A stretch of DNA of 64,000 nt from the NCBI GenBank assembly GCA_045568115.1, contig JBJLBO010000004.1:66809-130808 (forward strand). Direction: 5' to 3'. Within the stretch, counting starts at the first letter, position 1. Each line of letters begins with the position of its first letter. Made by a program: the position numbers and the translations under genes. The notes below the pieces were generated by a model that saw only the letters and a list, made by a program, of their open reading frames with translations, made no database searches and was not told where the DNA came from. The DNA is from Candidatus Thalassarchaeaceae archaeon. Its GTDB lineage: Archaea > Thermoplasmatota > Poseidoniia > Poseidoniales > Thalassarchaeaceae. Positions 49,320 through 58,102 of the stretch are shown here, piece after piece.

Positions 49320-49793
49320 ATGGCAAATCATTGGTTGATGAAAAGTGAACCTCACGTTTACCCGTGGGAACAACTAGTAGAAGACGGTTCGACTCATTGG
49401 GATGGTGTTCGCAATTATCAAGCAAGAAATATAATGCGAGATAAAATGAAGAAAGGTGATTTGGTTTTCTTCTATCACTCAAATTGCAAACCTCCACATA
49501 TAGCAGGCATCGCTAAAGTTTGCAAAGAGGCATATCCAGATTTCACCGCTCAAGACCCTAAATCAAAATATTTTGATCCAAAAGCATCTCCAGAAAATCC
49601 GAGATGGATGATGGTTGATATTGAGCCAATACTAAAAATAGGTCCAATAGGGTTACCTGAACTAAAAGAAAATCCCGCCTTGGAGGGAATGCCATTATTA
49701 CAACGAGGTCAAAGACTCTCTGTGCAACCAGTTTCTCCAGAACATTTCTCAATTGTTTGTAAAATGGCTGGAATAAAAAATCCACCTAAATAG
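49320..49793 (+). CDS. EVE domain protein (THYN1-like)
   Basis: HWLMKSEP, WDGVRNYQARN, FFYHSN, YFDPK, PRW..VD, RLSVQPV. Confidence 0.93.
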   Translation: MANHWLMKSEPHVYPWEQLVEDGSTHWDGVRNYQARNIMRDKMKKGDLVFFYHSNCKPPHIAGIAKVCKEAYPDFTAQDPKSKYFDPKASPENPRWMMVDIEPILKIGPIGLPELKENPALEGMPLLQRGQRLSVQPVSPEHFSIVCKMAGIKNPPK

Positions 49794-49797
49794 GTGG
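49772..49797 (-). terminator. hairpin + T-tract at the SRP RNA 3' end
   Basis: Minus strand CCACCT-ATTT-AGGTGG followed by ATTTTTTATT. Confidence 0.35.
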
Positions 49798-50103
49798 GCG
49801 TGTCCTCGGTGGACGCTCGTCACCAACATCGAATTTCATCGATCTCCTCCGCCCCGCAATCCCAAGGCATCCAGCATCCCCGGTCGGGCTGCTCGCTTCC
49901 GCGCCTGACCTGATTCCCGGGCGTAAGACGGGCCTCGCTTCCCTCCGGAAGCGACCTCCGCCAACCTGCATCTCTTGGGGGCGAGGCATCGACGTTAACC
50001 AATGGATCATTGCTGGCTCGTCTGCGCCGCCCTCGGACTTCAGGTCACCATTATCGACGATTTGTGAATGATAGAGCACGTCAACACTCCCCCTAGCCCA
50101 ACT
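49792..50103 (-). ncRNA. ffs: archaeal signal recognition particle (7S) RNA
   Basis: GC-rich island of about 310 nt; minus strand has helix 8 CAGGCGCGGAAGCGAGCAG, helix 6 CGCTTCC-GGAG-GGAAGCG, and 5'/3' pairing ends (TGGGC...GCCCA). Confidence 0.92.
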
Positions 50104-50161
50104 ACCCCTAGGGTCCGTTACCTAAGAACAACACGCTAATGCAAAAGTATTGATTATTGAG

Positions 50162-50542
50162 TTATGATTCATATTTTGAAGGGCAACCCGTTTGGATTTC
50201 ATTTGCACTAATTTTCCATATAGATTCAGATTCAGAAAGCACACCCTTGATTGCAATTGTCTTCCCTTCTTGAAATCCATCAGGTACAGAGATTTCGGCA
50301 AAAATAACTGAGACCTCATTTTGTGAACCTTGTAGGATGAAACTATGGGATGAATTGTCCAAACTACCGATTTTCACTATTCCTCTAAGATGTACCTCAC
50401 TTCCAACGAATTCACCTGGAGATTCCATTATTTCATCCACAGAATACTGAGTCTCCGGTTCAACTGCAACATACATCAATCCAATAAGTGCGAACATGAG
50501 AATGCCGATTCCCAATAACCGCTTGACGCGTGTATTGGCCAT
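50162..50542 (-). CDS. ccmE: CcmE-like heme chaperone (CxxxY variant)
   Basis: N-terminal TM, OB-fold (VHLRGIV..GS, PDGFQEG), C-terminal GCPSKY. Confidence 0.82.
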   Translation of the reverse strand: MANTRVKRLLGIGILMFALIGLMYVAVEPETQYSVDEIMESPGEFVGSEVHLRGIVKIGSLDNSSHSFILQGSQNEVSVIFAEISVPDGFQEGKTIAIKGVLSESESIWKISANEIQTGCPSKYES

Positions 50543-50599
50543 ATTGATGGCTAAATGCACCCATTGATGAGGATTGCCACGAATCGCATGTGAAAACTA

Positions 50600-51700
50600 T
50601 CAGCGAGAGAAGCCAACAGCTTCTTCGAGATCTTTGAAACCATTCTCATTTATTTTCTTTTTAATTCCTTTAATTGTCCTAGGGACAACGGACGGTCCTT
50701 GGAAAACCATTGCTGAATACAATTGTAATAATGATGCTCCGTTAGTTATTGCACTCCATGCTGATTCGGCGTCTTCAATTCCGCCACAACCAATGATAGG
50801 AACCTTGTCCCCTACTGAGTCATATAGAAGTCCGATTTTCTGAATTGATTGAGAAAGAAGAGGGCGCCCCGATAGTCCTCCTGATTCAGCAAAGATATTT
50901 CTTGAACGGGTATTAGAAGGAACCGGGCGAGATATTGTTGTATTTGTCGCAATAAAACCATCAATGCCTGCTGATAATGCAGCACCCGCACAAGAGAGAA
51001 GCACATCATCATCCAAATCAGGAGAGAATTTGAGTAAGATTGGTTTTACGCCAGAATTACTCTCGCGAACTCTAATACAAGCCGATACTACATCACGGAT
51101 ATGGTCATCCTCCTGTAATTCTCTTAATCCTGGAGTATTTGGCGATGACACATTCAAGACAAATAAGTCTGCATGTTCATAAAGAAGACTAAATGTTTCA
51201 GCATAATCATTGGGTGCTCGATTATTATCTACACTCTTTGAACGCCCAATATTAGCCGCGACGGGAACTTGTGGCCATTTTCCAGACACGCGGCGGCTAA
51301 TACATTGGTCTCTTACGGCTAATGCACCAGGATTATTGAAACCCATCCTATTAATCAAAGCTAGATCATTATCGGATCTGAACATTCTAGGTTTAGGGTT
51401 TCCATCTTGCGGATATCTAGTAATTCCGCCATACTCAACCCAAGAGAATCCTAAGGCCGGCCATGCCGATAGTGCTGTTGCCGATTTGTCGAATCCGGCA
51501 GCAAGCCCTAATGGATGGCGAAATAACTTTCCAAAAACATTTATTGGTATAGAGGGAGTTCTGTATATAGAATTTAGAATTTTTTGTGAGCCACGATTTT
51601 GTCCGAATTTAGCAAGTATATTGACACTCAAATCATGTGCTTTTTCGGAGTCAATAAATTTCATCCCAGGTCGAACAAACAACCGATATGGCAAGCCCAT
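50600..51700 (-). CDS. pyrD: quinone-dependent dihydroorotate dehydrogenase (class 2)
   Basis: GLAAGFDK, QDGNPKPRMFR, INRMGFNN, NVSSPNTPGLR, TNTT, GGLSG. Confidence 0.95.
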   Translation of the reverse strand: MGLPYRLFVRPGMKFIDSEKAHDLSVNILAKFGQNRGSQKILNSIYRTPSIPINVFGKLFRHPLGLAAGFDKSATALSAWPALGFSWVEYGGITRYPQDGNPKPRMFRSDNDLALINRMGFNNPGALAVRDQCISRRVSGKWPQVPVAANIGRSKSVDNNRAPNDYAETFSLLYEHADLFVLNVSSPNTPGLRELQEDDHIRDVVSACIRVRESNSGVKPILLKFSPDLDDDVLLSCAGAALSAGIDGFIATNTTISRPVPSNTRSRNIFAESGGLSGRPLLSQSIQKIGLLYDSVGDKVPIIGCGGIEDAESAWSAITNGASLLQLYSAMVFQGPSVVPRTIKGIKKKINENGFKDLEEAVGFSR

Positions 51701-52167
51701 CTATACGACGGGGACAGCGGTATGATTCAAGGATTGCGTGCCTTGCGGTAACTGTGGTCCGTGAACAGAGACTCCGTGCTATTCGCGAGCTGGCACGAAG
51801 ACTACTAAGATCAAGAGGTGTAACTGTATACCATCCAGAAGATTGGAATCAAGCAACTACAGATCTCTCAATAAGATTATCTGACATCGCACCAAATCTC
51901 TATATCGGAATTAATTTTGTTCCCGGTACTGATAATAAAATACACATCGACTTGGTTGGTGAAATAGGGGGAGTATTCGCAAATTTACCTCCAAAAGAAT
52001 CCGAATTAGTTTGGATACCGATGGAGAATGGGACTGAATGGAATATTTTCATTTCAGAAGTTTTTGCTTTCGCATCAGCCGGCTATCCTGGTTGCTCTGG
52101 GTGTGGTGGTGCAGATGCAGAATTATTGTGGAATGAAAAAACATCACGAATTAGAATGATGCACTAA
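51688..52167 (+). CDS. hypothetical protein with C-terminal GYPGCSGCGG motif
   Basis: 159-aa ORF; the true start is probably downstream of the pyrD start. Confidence 0.6.
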   Translation: MASPSIRRGQRYDSRIACLAVTVVREQRLRAIRELARRLLRSRGVTVYHPEDWNQATTDLSIRLSDIAPNLYIGINFVPGTDNKIHIDLVGEIGGVFANLPPKESELVWIPMENGTEWNIFISEVFAFASAGYPGCSGCGGADAELLWNEKTSRIRMMH

Positions 52168-52168
52168 T

Positions 52169-52230
52169 TCACGCGCGCGTGAGCGCAGGCGCACGCACGC
52201 ACGCGTTGTATTGCCCTTTGTTCGCTCACG
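52169..52230. repeat. alternating purine-pyrimidine/palindromic tract
   Basis: TCACGCGCGCGTGA (14-bp palindrome) + GCGCACGCACGCACGCGT; CGTGAGCG (52178-85) is complementary to CGCTCACG (52223-30). Confidence 0.8.
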
Positions 52231-52311
52231 TTTATACAGGGTCCATGTTGCCACCGCGAAACGTGGAACTCTGACATCAGTCGGATGAGTCCAAACATGT
52301 GAGATGGTCAC

Positions 52312-54600
52312 TTGAAGTTAATGATTCTAGAATCCGGAGCAAAGGCTCGAACTATCAAGAAGTATCTGGGCAAGGAATGGATTGTTGATGCCTGCAATGG
52401 CCACGTGCAAGATTTGCCAAACAATGGATCATCTAAACAAAGTAACAAAGCTATGTGGGCTTCGAAAGAGGGATTTCTGCCCGAGCCTCCGTGGGCATGG
52501 ACAGAAAGAGCAGAACGTGTAATAAGCAAGATGATTGAGAAAGCTAAGAAGAAAAATGTAGAAGAAATTTACATCGCTACTGACCCTGATAGGGAAGGCG
52601 AATTCATTGCATGGAGATTGAAAGAAATTTTCAGTGATTTCCCTCAAATAAAAAGAGTCACGTTCAATGAAATCACTCAAACTGCCGTTCAAGATGCGAT
52701 GGAGTCGCCTAGGGAAATCGACATGAATCTTGTTAACGCTGCAAAGGTCAGGAGATTCATGGATAGATTAGTTGGATTTCGTTGTTCAAGATTTTCTCGT
52801 TCATGGAGCTTAGCATCTATGGGGAGAGTCCAAACACCGACTCTTGGATTCATAGTAGATAGGGAAATAGAGCGTGATGCGCATGTACCTATCCCATATC
52901 ATTCAGTTCAAGGAGATGCTGATGGTGTTACCTTCAAAGTTAGATTTCATGAAAAAGATGAAAGTGAGGCATGGACAGATGATGGAGGCAAACATCACCC
53001 AGATAGAACATCAAACTCCGAACTAGCTGACAATGCTATTCAAGCGCTTAATGAAGCAGGCGTGACTACAATAGTATCCGTTAAAGAAGGGAAAGTCAAT
53101 CGCAAACCTCAACCACCATTTACTACCGATACTTTGCTTAGAACAGCAAGTAGCCGATTAGGATGGTCTATTGCACGGATTAACAGAGTCGCTACTTCAC
53201 TATACCAAAGTGGCCACATAACATATATTCGTACAGATTCGACTCGAACAAGCGAATCTGCAAGAAAACGAATACGGAAGATAATTGATAAGGAATACGG
53301 AGAAGAATTCCTAGGCCTCGGTATTCTTGGGAAAGATGCAAAAAAAGGAGCGAAAAATGTCCAAGATGCTCACGAAGCAATAAGACCAACAAGCCCCGAG
53401 AGTAAGAGTTTAGATGATGGGGAAAAAGACCAACAATCACTATATCGATTAATATGGGCTCGTTTTGCTGCGAGTCAAATGTCAGATTCAATAAGGGAAA
53501 GAAGAGATCTTACGTCTAGTGTTGAGAATTTAGAAAAAAATCTCTATGGCACAGCATCATGGCGTATACATGCAGGTTGGGAGGCAGTATACTCAGATTC
53601 AGATTCAAATCCTCGGACTGAACCACCAACCTCTGGACTAGAAAAAGGCTCAGTATGGAAATTTTCACCCGCAAAAGATAACCCTAGAATAATTACTGAT
53701 GAAACAAAACCACCTCGTAGATTTAGTGAAAGTTCTATTATTCAAGCGATGAAAAACGCATCTATTGGTCGGCCTTCGACATATCTTACTACAGTAACAA
53801 AACTAATTAACAGAGAATATGTGATCAAGGACGGGGCTTCACTTTCACCTTCAAAAAATGGACGTACTCTTTGGCTGGAAGTCGCTCCATTCTATAACGA
53901 ACAAGATTTTTCAAATAATACCGTTCCAAAGGGACTTTTTACCCCAGAATTTACTGCATATATGGAAATGAATCTCGACAACATTGAAGCAGGGAATTCT
54001 ACAGGATTTGGGGTTTGGGATTCATTTGTTGTCGATTTTAGAGAGATGCATAACAAAGCATTAGAAATTAGAAAAAAGAAACCAACTCCAAAACAATTGA
54101 ATTATATCGTAAACCGTATATCAAGAATGAGTGAAGAAGATAAAACAAAACTTCTGAACGGAAAAGATGTCACAGAACTTTCTGGAGAAGAAGCACACAA
54201 ATTAATTGATTCAATGAATGCTGATGGGAGTGTAGAAGTTCCTGCAAGTGAAAAGCAAATCGCTCTCATAGTTCGTCTGGTAGATAAATTAAATTTAGAG
54301 ATCGATTCGTTTCTTGCAGGAAATAACATACCTGAACTAGATCAACTTACAGGAGGTAGAAGTGGAACTGCAAGCAATGCAATTAGTTTACTGATTGAGA
54401 TGGATAAAGATTCTCCAGCGACAGAAAAACAAGTATCGGCTATACAATCAATGTGTGAAAGTCTAGAAATGAAAATACCCGATGCAATGGCGCTTGTGAA
54501 CACAACTACAATAGAAGAAATTACAAAATCAGATGCGAGTTCTTTAATCGGGCAATTAAAGAAATTAATACAAAAAAGACGTCGGAAGAAAAAGAAGTGA
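52312..54600 (+). CDS. topA: type IA DNA topoisomerase
   Basis: TOPRIM ILES..KA, ATDPDREGE, SMGRVQTPTL, catalytic ITYIRTDS, QDAHEAIRPT, IGRPSTY. Confidence 0.95.
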   Translation: MKLMILESGAKARTIKKYLGKEWIVDACNGHVQDLPNNGSSKQSNKAMWASKEGFLPEPPWAWTERAERVISKMIEKAKKKNVEEIYIATDPDREGEFIAWRLKEIFSDFPQIKRVTFNEITQTAVQDAMESPREIDMNLVNAAKVRRFMDRLVGFRCSRFSRSWSLASMGRVQTPTLGFIVDREIERDAHVPIPYHSVQGDADGVTFKVRFHEKDESEAWTDDGGKHHPDRTSNSELADNAIQALNEAGVTTIVSVKEGKVNRKPQPPFTTDTLLRTASSRLGWSIARINRVATSLYQSGHITYIRTDSTRTSESARKRIRKIIDKEYGEEFLGLGILGKDAKKGAKNVQDAHEAIRPTSPESKSLDDGEKDQQSLYRLIWARFAASQMSDSIRERRDLTSSVENLEKNLYGTASWRIHAGWEAVYSDSDSNPRTEPPTSGLEKGSVWKFSPAKDNPRIITDETKPPRRFSESSIIQAMKNASIGRPSTYLTTVTKLINREYVIKDGASLSPSKNGRTLWLEVAPFYNEQDFSNNTVPKGLFTPEFTAYMEMNLDNIEAGNSTGFGVWDSFVVDFREMHNKALEIRKKKPTPKQLNYIVNRISRMSEEDKTKLLNGKDVTELSGEEAHKLIDSMNADGSVEVPASEKQIALIVRLVDKLNLEIDSFLAGNNIPELDQLTGGRSGTASNAISLLIEMDKDSPATEKQVSAIQSMCESLEMKIPDAMALVNTTTIEEITKSDASSLIGQLKKLIQKRRRKKKK

Positions 54601-54649
54601 CAAAACTGACAATAATCACCCTCAAGAACACAAGCCCCTTGAACTACAT

Positions 54650-55861
54650 ATGAATGACAGTATTGACTACGATGTTATCATCGTAGGCGCAGGTCCTGTT
54701 GGTGGCTATTTAGCTACAAAATTTCGAGAAAATGGAGTCAGCGTTCTGATTTTGGAAGAGCATTCTGAAATTGGTAGACCATTTCAGTGTGCAGGGCTAG
54801 TTAATCCATCTGCTATGGAGAAAGTAGGTCTCTATGATACAGTTTTGACACGCATTTGGGGGGCAAGGATGCATAGTCCTTCGGGACTCAGTATAGAAAT
54901 CGGACAGCAGAATCGTGTTCGCACTTGGTCTGTTTGTAGAAAATTATTCGATGAAGCTGTGGTTAGAGAAGCATTAGAATCAGGTGCTGAAATCTCTCTA
55001 TCATCAAAACCAATTAATGCAGTTAGAAATGAAGATAACGTTGAGGTTGAGATTTCAACTCCTTTAGGAAATAAAACCATCACATGTTCCCTTCTTTGCG
55101 GAGCTGATGGAGCCCATTCTTGGGTTAGAAGAAAATTCAGGATGGGGCGGCCAAAAGAAATGATGATTGGATTCCAAATTGAAGTTACTGGATATCCTGG
55201 GGTAGATGGAAAATTAGACGTATATACAGGAGAGGATATTGCCCCTGGATTCTTTGCATGGGCTATCCCATCAGGAGATACAACACGTATTGGAACTTGG
55301 ACAAGACCTGACAGACTTGGAGAAAGAAATTGCGAAGAATTGCTTAATAACCTGTTAAAAAAGGAGATTTGGAAAGAGAGATTTAATGGGTGCAAAGAAA
55401 TAGGCAGATATTGCGGCCCAATACCATCTGGCCTAATTTCTAAACCACTGATTGAAAGAGTTGCTGTTTTCGGAGATGCAGCAGGTCTTTGTAAGCCGAC
55501 AACAGGTGGTGGAATCGGTAAAGGATTTGAACAAGTCGATTTGCTTGTACCTTATCTCTCTGAAGCCATCAAAAAGGAAAAATTATCAGAAACTGATATG
55601 GAAAAAATGAGGAAATTACTAATTCCGATGAAGAAAAAATTGAATCGCTCCAAAGCACTAAGAAATGCTTTTCTAACCGAAGCCACTGATGATGAGTTAG
55701 ATGACGTATTTTCTATATGGTCTAGACCAGAAATTATTGAATTAATTAACGAGAAGGGAGATATTGAGAACCCTATCCCATTAGGAATTCAAATGTTAAG
55801 GGATGTACCTGAATTTCGCCGACTTACAAAAAAAGCGGCAGCTGCAATAATATTGGGTTGA
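54650..55861 (+). CDS. geranylgeranyl reductase family flavoprotein (DGGGPL reductase-like)
   Basis: VGAGPVG, QCAG, R..FD, GADG, FFAWAIP, GDAAG..KPTTGGGI. Confidence 0.88.
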   Translation: MNDSIDYDVIIVGAGPVGGYLATKFRENGVSVLILEEHSEIGRPFQCAGLVNPSAMEKVGLYDTVLTRIWGARMHSPSGLSIEIGQQNRVRTWSVCRKLFDEAVVREALESGAEISLSSKPINAVRNEDNVEVEISTPLGNKTITCSLLCGADGAHSWVRRKFRMGRPKEMMIGFQIEVTGYPGVDGKLDVYTGEDIAPGFFAWAIPSGDTTRIGTWTRPDRLGERNCEELLNNLLKKEIWKERFNGCKEIGRYCGPIPSGLISKPLIERVAVFGDAAGLCKPTTGGGIGKGFEQVDLLVPYLSEAIKKEKLSETDMEKMRKLLIPMKKKLNRSKALRNAFLTEATDDELDDVFSIWSRPEIIELINEKGDIENPIPLGIQMLRDVPEFRRLTKKAAAAIILG

Positions 55862-55865
55862 GTAT

Positions 55866-56948
55866 ATGGAATCGGTTCAGAGGGTAAGATATCCTTCATT
55901 TGATTATGCAAATATCGACCCCTCATCAATCCCTTTAGTTGAAGTAATTGTCAGATCGGACTCTAGCCCACCAACACCTTTCAGAATAGGTAGGGAAGAT
56001 AATTGGATTGTTGAATGGAGAGACAAAACACCAGAAGATGAACATCTCGAAATCATTGATTCAGTAACCACAACAGCAACACTACCCTTCCTAATGAGGA
56101 CAAGGGATGGATGGTATATTGAACCCGATCCAATACATGCCATTGCTAGAAAATTAATCACACCCACTGTTGTCATTCTTATTTCTTCACTTCTCATTCA
56201 TGCTATAGCTCCTGCATTAACTGGGATTGATGTACTTTCTTGGTTAACGCAAAAAACCTACAAAATTGGCCCACTAGACTATCCGGCTCTAATTTTTATC
56301 ACATTCCCACTTTTTATGCTCCCTATTATCCTCAGGAATGTTGCGAATTCACGTGACATTAGACGTCAGAATTTCTATATCCAAAATCCCTTAAATTCAC
56401 CCATTATTGATTACCAAATTAACGACCGGAGTTTGACGATTATATCATTGAAAGCACCTGAAAATGTCGAAATTATTGGAGGTAGGTTACAAGTTGGTGT
56501 TGCTATTCCAGAAAGGGAAACCATTTTGAAGGCACTAAATAGAAATAACAATTCACAACCACCACCAGGAATGTCCACACCATTACCCGAAAGAAGAATT
56601 ACCTCTACAGAAGAACATGGCACAGGGGTAGGGGAGGCTATTCCTATGCCGGTAAAACACTCTAGAGTACTTCTTTTAGAACCAATGAGAGTTAGAGCAA
56701 GAGGGGATTTCATGAAATTTATTGATGGCGAGACGATAAATCTGCAAGGGCCTAGTGAAAGATGGCCCGGGTCTATTTACTCATCATTAATTGCTTTACA
56801 TTGGGAGTTGATAATTTATGCAAAACGTGGAAATACAAAAATGCGTTGGGTAAAACCGATTATAATACCAAATAGTGAAAACACAATCAATATAGAAACT
56901 ATGCCACTAAGGAATAGTAGATCGGAAATAAGCAGTGATTCTAATTGA
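55866..56948 (+). CDS. hypothetical two-TM protein
   Basis: 360-aa ORF, 4 nt after GGR; two hydrophobic segments. Confidence 0.7.
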   Translation: MESVQRVRYPSFDYANIDPSSIPLVEVIVRSDSSPPTPFRIGREDNWIVEWRDKTPEDEHLEIIDSVTTTATLPFLMRTRDGWYIEPDPIHAIARKLITPTVVILISSLLIHAIAPALTGIDVLSWLTQKTYKIGPLDYPALIFITFPLFMLPIILRNVANSRDIRRQNFYIQNPLNSPIIDYQINDRSLTIISLKAPENVEIIGGRLQVGVAIPERETILKALNRNNNSQPPPGMSTPLPERRITSTEEHGTGVGEAIPMPVKHSRVLLLEPMRVRARGDFMKFIDGETINLQGPSERWPGSIYSSLIALHWELIIYAKRGNTKMRWVKPIIIPNSENTINIETMPLRNSRSEISSDSN

Positions 56949-58098
56949 TTATCTTGAGAAAATGAGAATCCTTAGAAGAGGAAAATTTCATTAAATTATA
57001 ATCAGAGTCTCGTTCCCTAGGAATAAATCCTGCACCAATAATTACTCTTTGAAGCTCCTTGACGCCCGCCATCGTCTTTGTAGTCCCTGATGCGGAAACA
57101 ACATTTTCTTCCATCATCGTAGAGCCAATATCATCAGCACCAGCAAATAATGCTAGCTGAGCTATTTCCATCCCCATTGTTGGCCAAGAAGCCTGAATAT
57201 GAGATATATTATCAAGAAATAATCTAGAAATTGCTACATGTCTAAGATATTCGGGTGCGCTGACACCTAGTTCTACTCTATTTTTCCCTTTATTCCTTTT
57301 TCCAAAAGAATTGTTTTCGAGTTGAACGGGCCATGCAATGAATGAAGTAAAACCAACCAATTTTTTAGAAACTGATTCGTCTTGTAGTTGTCGAATTTTA
57401 TCCAAATGTTGAACCCTATTTACATAAGATTCACCAAAACCAATAACATTTGTAGCGGATGTTGTAAGACCAATTTGCTGAGCCTCGGCCATAATTCTGA
57501 GCCAATTATCTGCTGAACCCTTTTTGGGTGAAATGTTTAATCGTAAATCATCGACTAACATTTCAGCACCTCCTCCGGGCAAACCATGCATTCCAGCATC
57601 CTTCAACATGAGTAATACGTCCTTAGTGGATAAACCACAAATCTCAGCTATTCCTTCTATTTCAATTGGAGAAAAGCAATCCAATGCGATTGATGGATGA
57701 TTAACTCGAAGTTTCTTTATTAAATCAATATACCAACCTATTTCCAGATTAGGATGAACGCCACCTTGCATGAGAACTCGAGACCCACCAATTTCCTCTA
57801 ATTCAGATAATCTTGCACTAATTTGTTCAAATGATTGAGTATATGATTCGTCATGATTTGGTGGACGATAGAAAGAACAGAATTGACAATTAATAGTACA
57901 GACATTTGTATAATTTACATTTCTATCGATTAAATATGTGACTTCATCACCAGGGATTAAATTTTTTCTTCTAAGGAAAGCGGCATCAAGGAGTTCGTGA
58001 AAATCCGCTTCTTCATACAATAATGTGGCTTCTTCAATAGTCAAGCGAGGAGGATTTTCCTGTATTTGCTGAGAGATTAACTCTCTCCAACCAGACAT
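56941..58098 (-). CDS. mqnC: cyclic dehypoxanthine futalosine synthase (radical SAM, CofH/MqnC family)
   Basis: IDRNVNYTNVCTINCQFCSFY, MQGG, PGGGAE, HIQASW, GSTMMEENVVSA. Confidence 0.85.
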   Translation of the reverse strand: MSGWRELISQQIQENPPRLTIEEATLLYEEADFHELLDAAFLRRKNLIPGDEVTYLIDRNVNYTNVCTINCQFCSFYRPPNHDESYTQSFEQISARLSELEEIGGSRVLMQGGVHPNLEIGWYIDLIKKLRVNHPSIALDCFSPIEIEGIAEICGLSTKDVLLMLKDAGMHGLPGGGAEMLVDDLRLNISPKKGSADNWLRIMAEAQQIGLTTSATNVIGFGESYVNRVQHLDKIRQLQDESVSKKLVGFTSFIAWPVQLENNSFGKRNKGKNRVELGVSAPEYLRHVAISRLFLDNISHIQASWPTMGMEIAQLALFAGADDIGSTMMEENVVSASGTTKTMAGVKELQRVIIGAGFIPRERDSDYNLMKFSSSKDSHFLKIIN

Positions 58099-58102
58099 GA
58101 AT

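Noticed and set aside
49786..50079. 97-aa and 60-aa minus-strand ORFs
   Set aside because: They lie within the SRP RNA; they are GC-rich shadow ORFs
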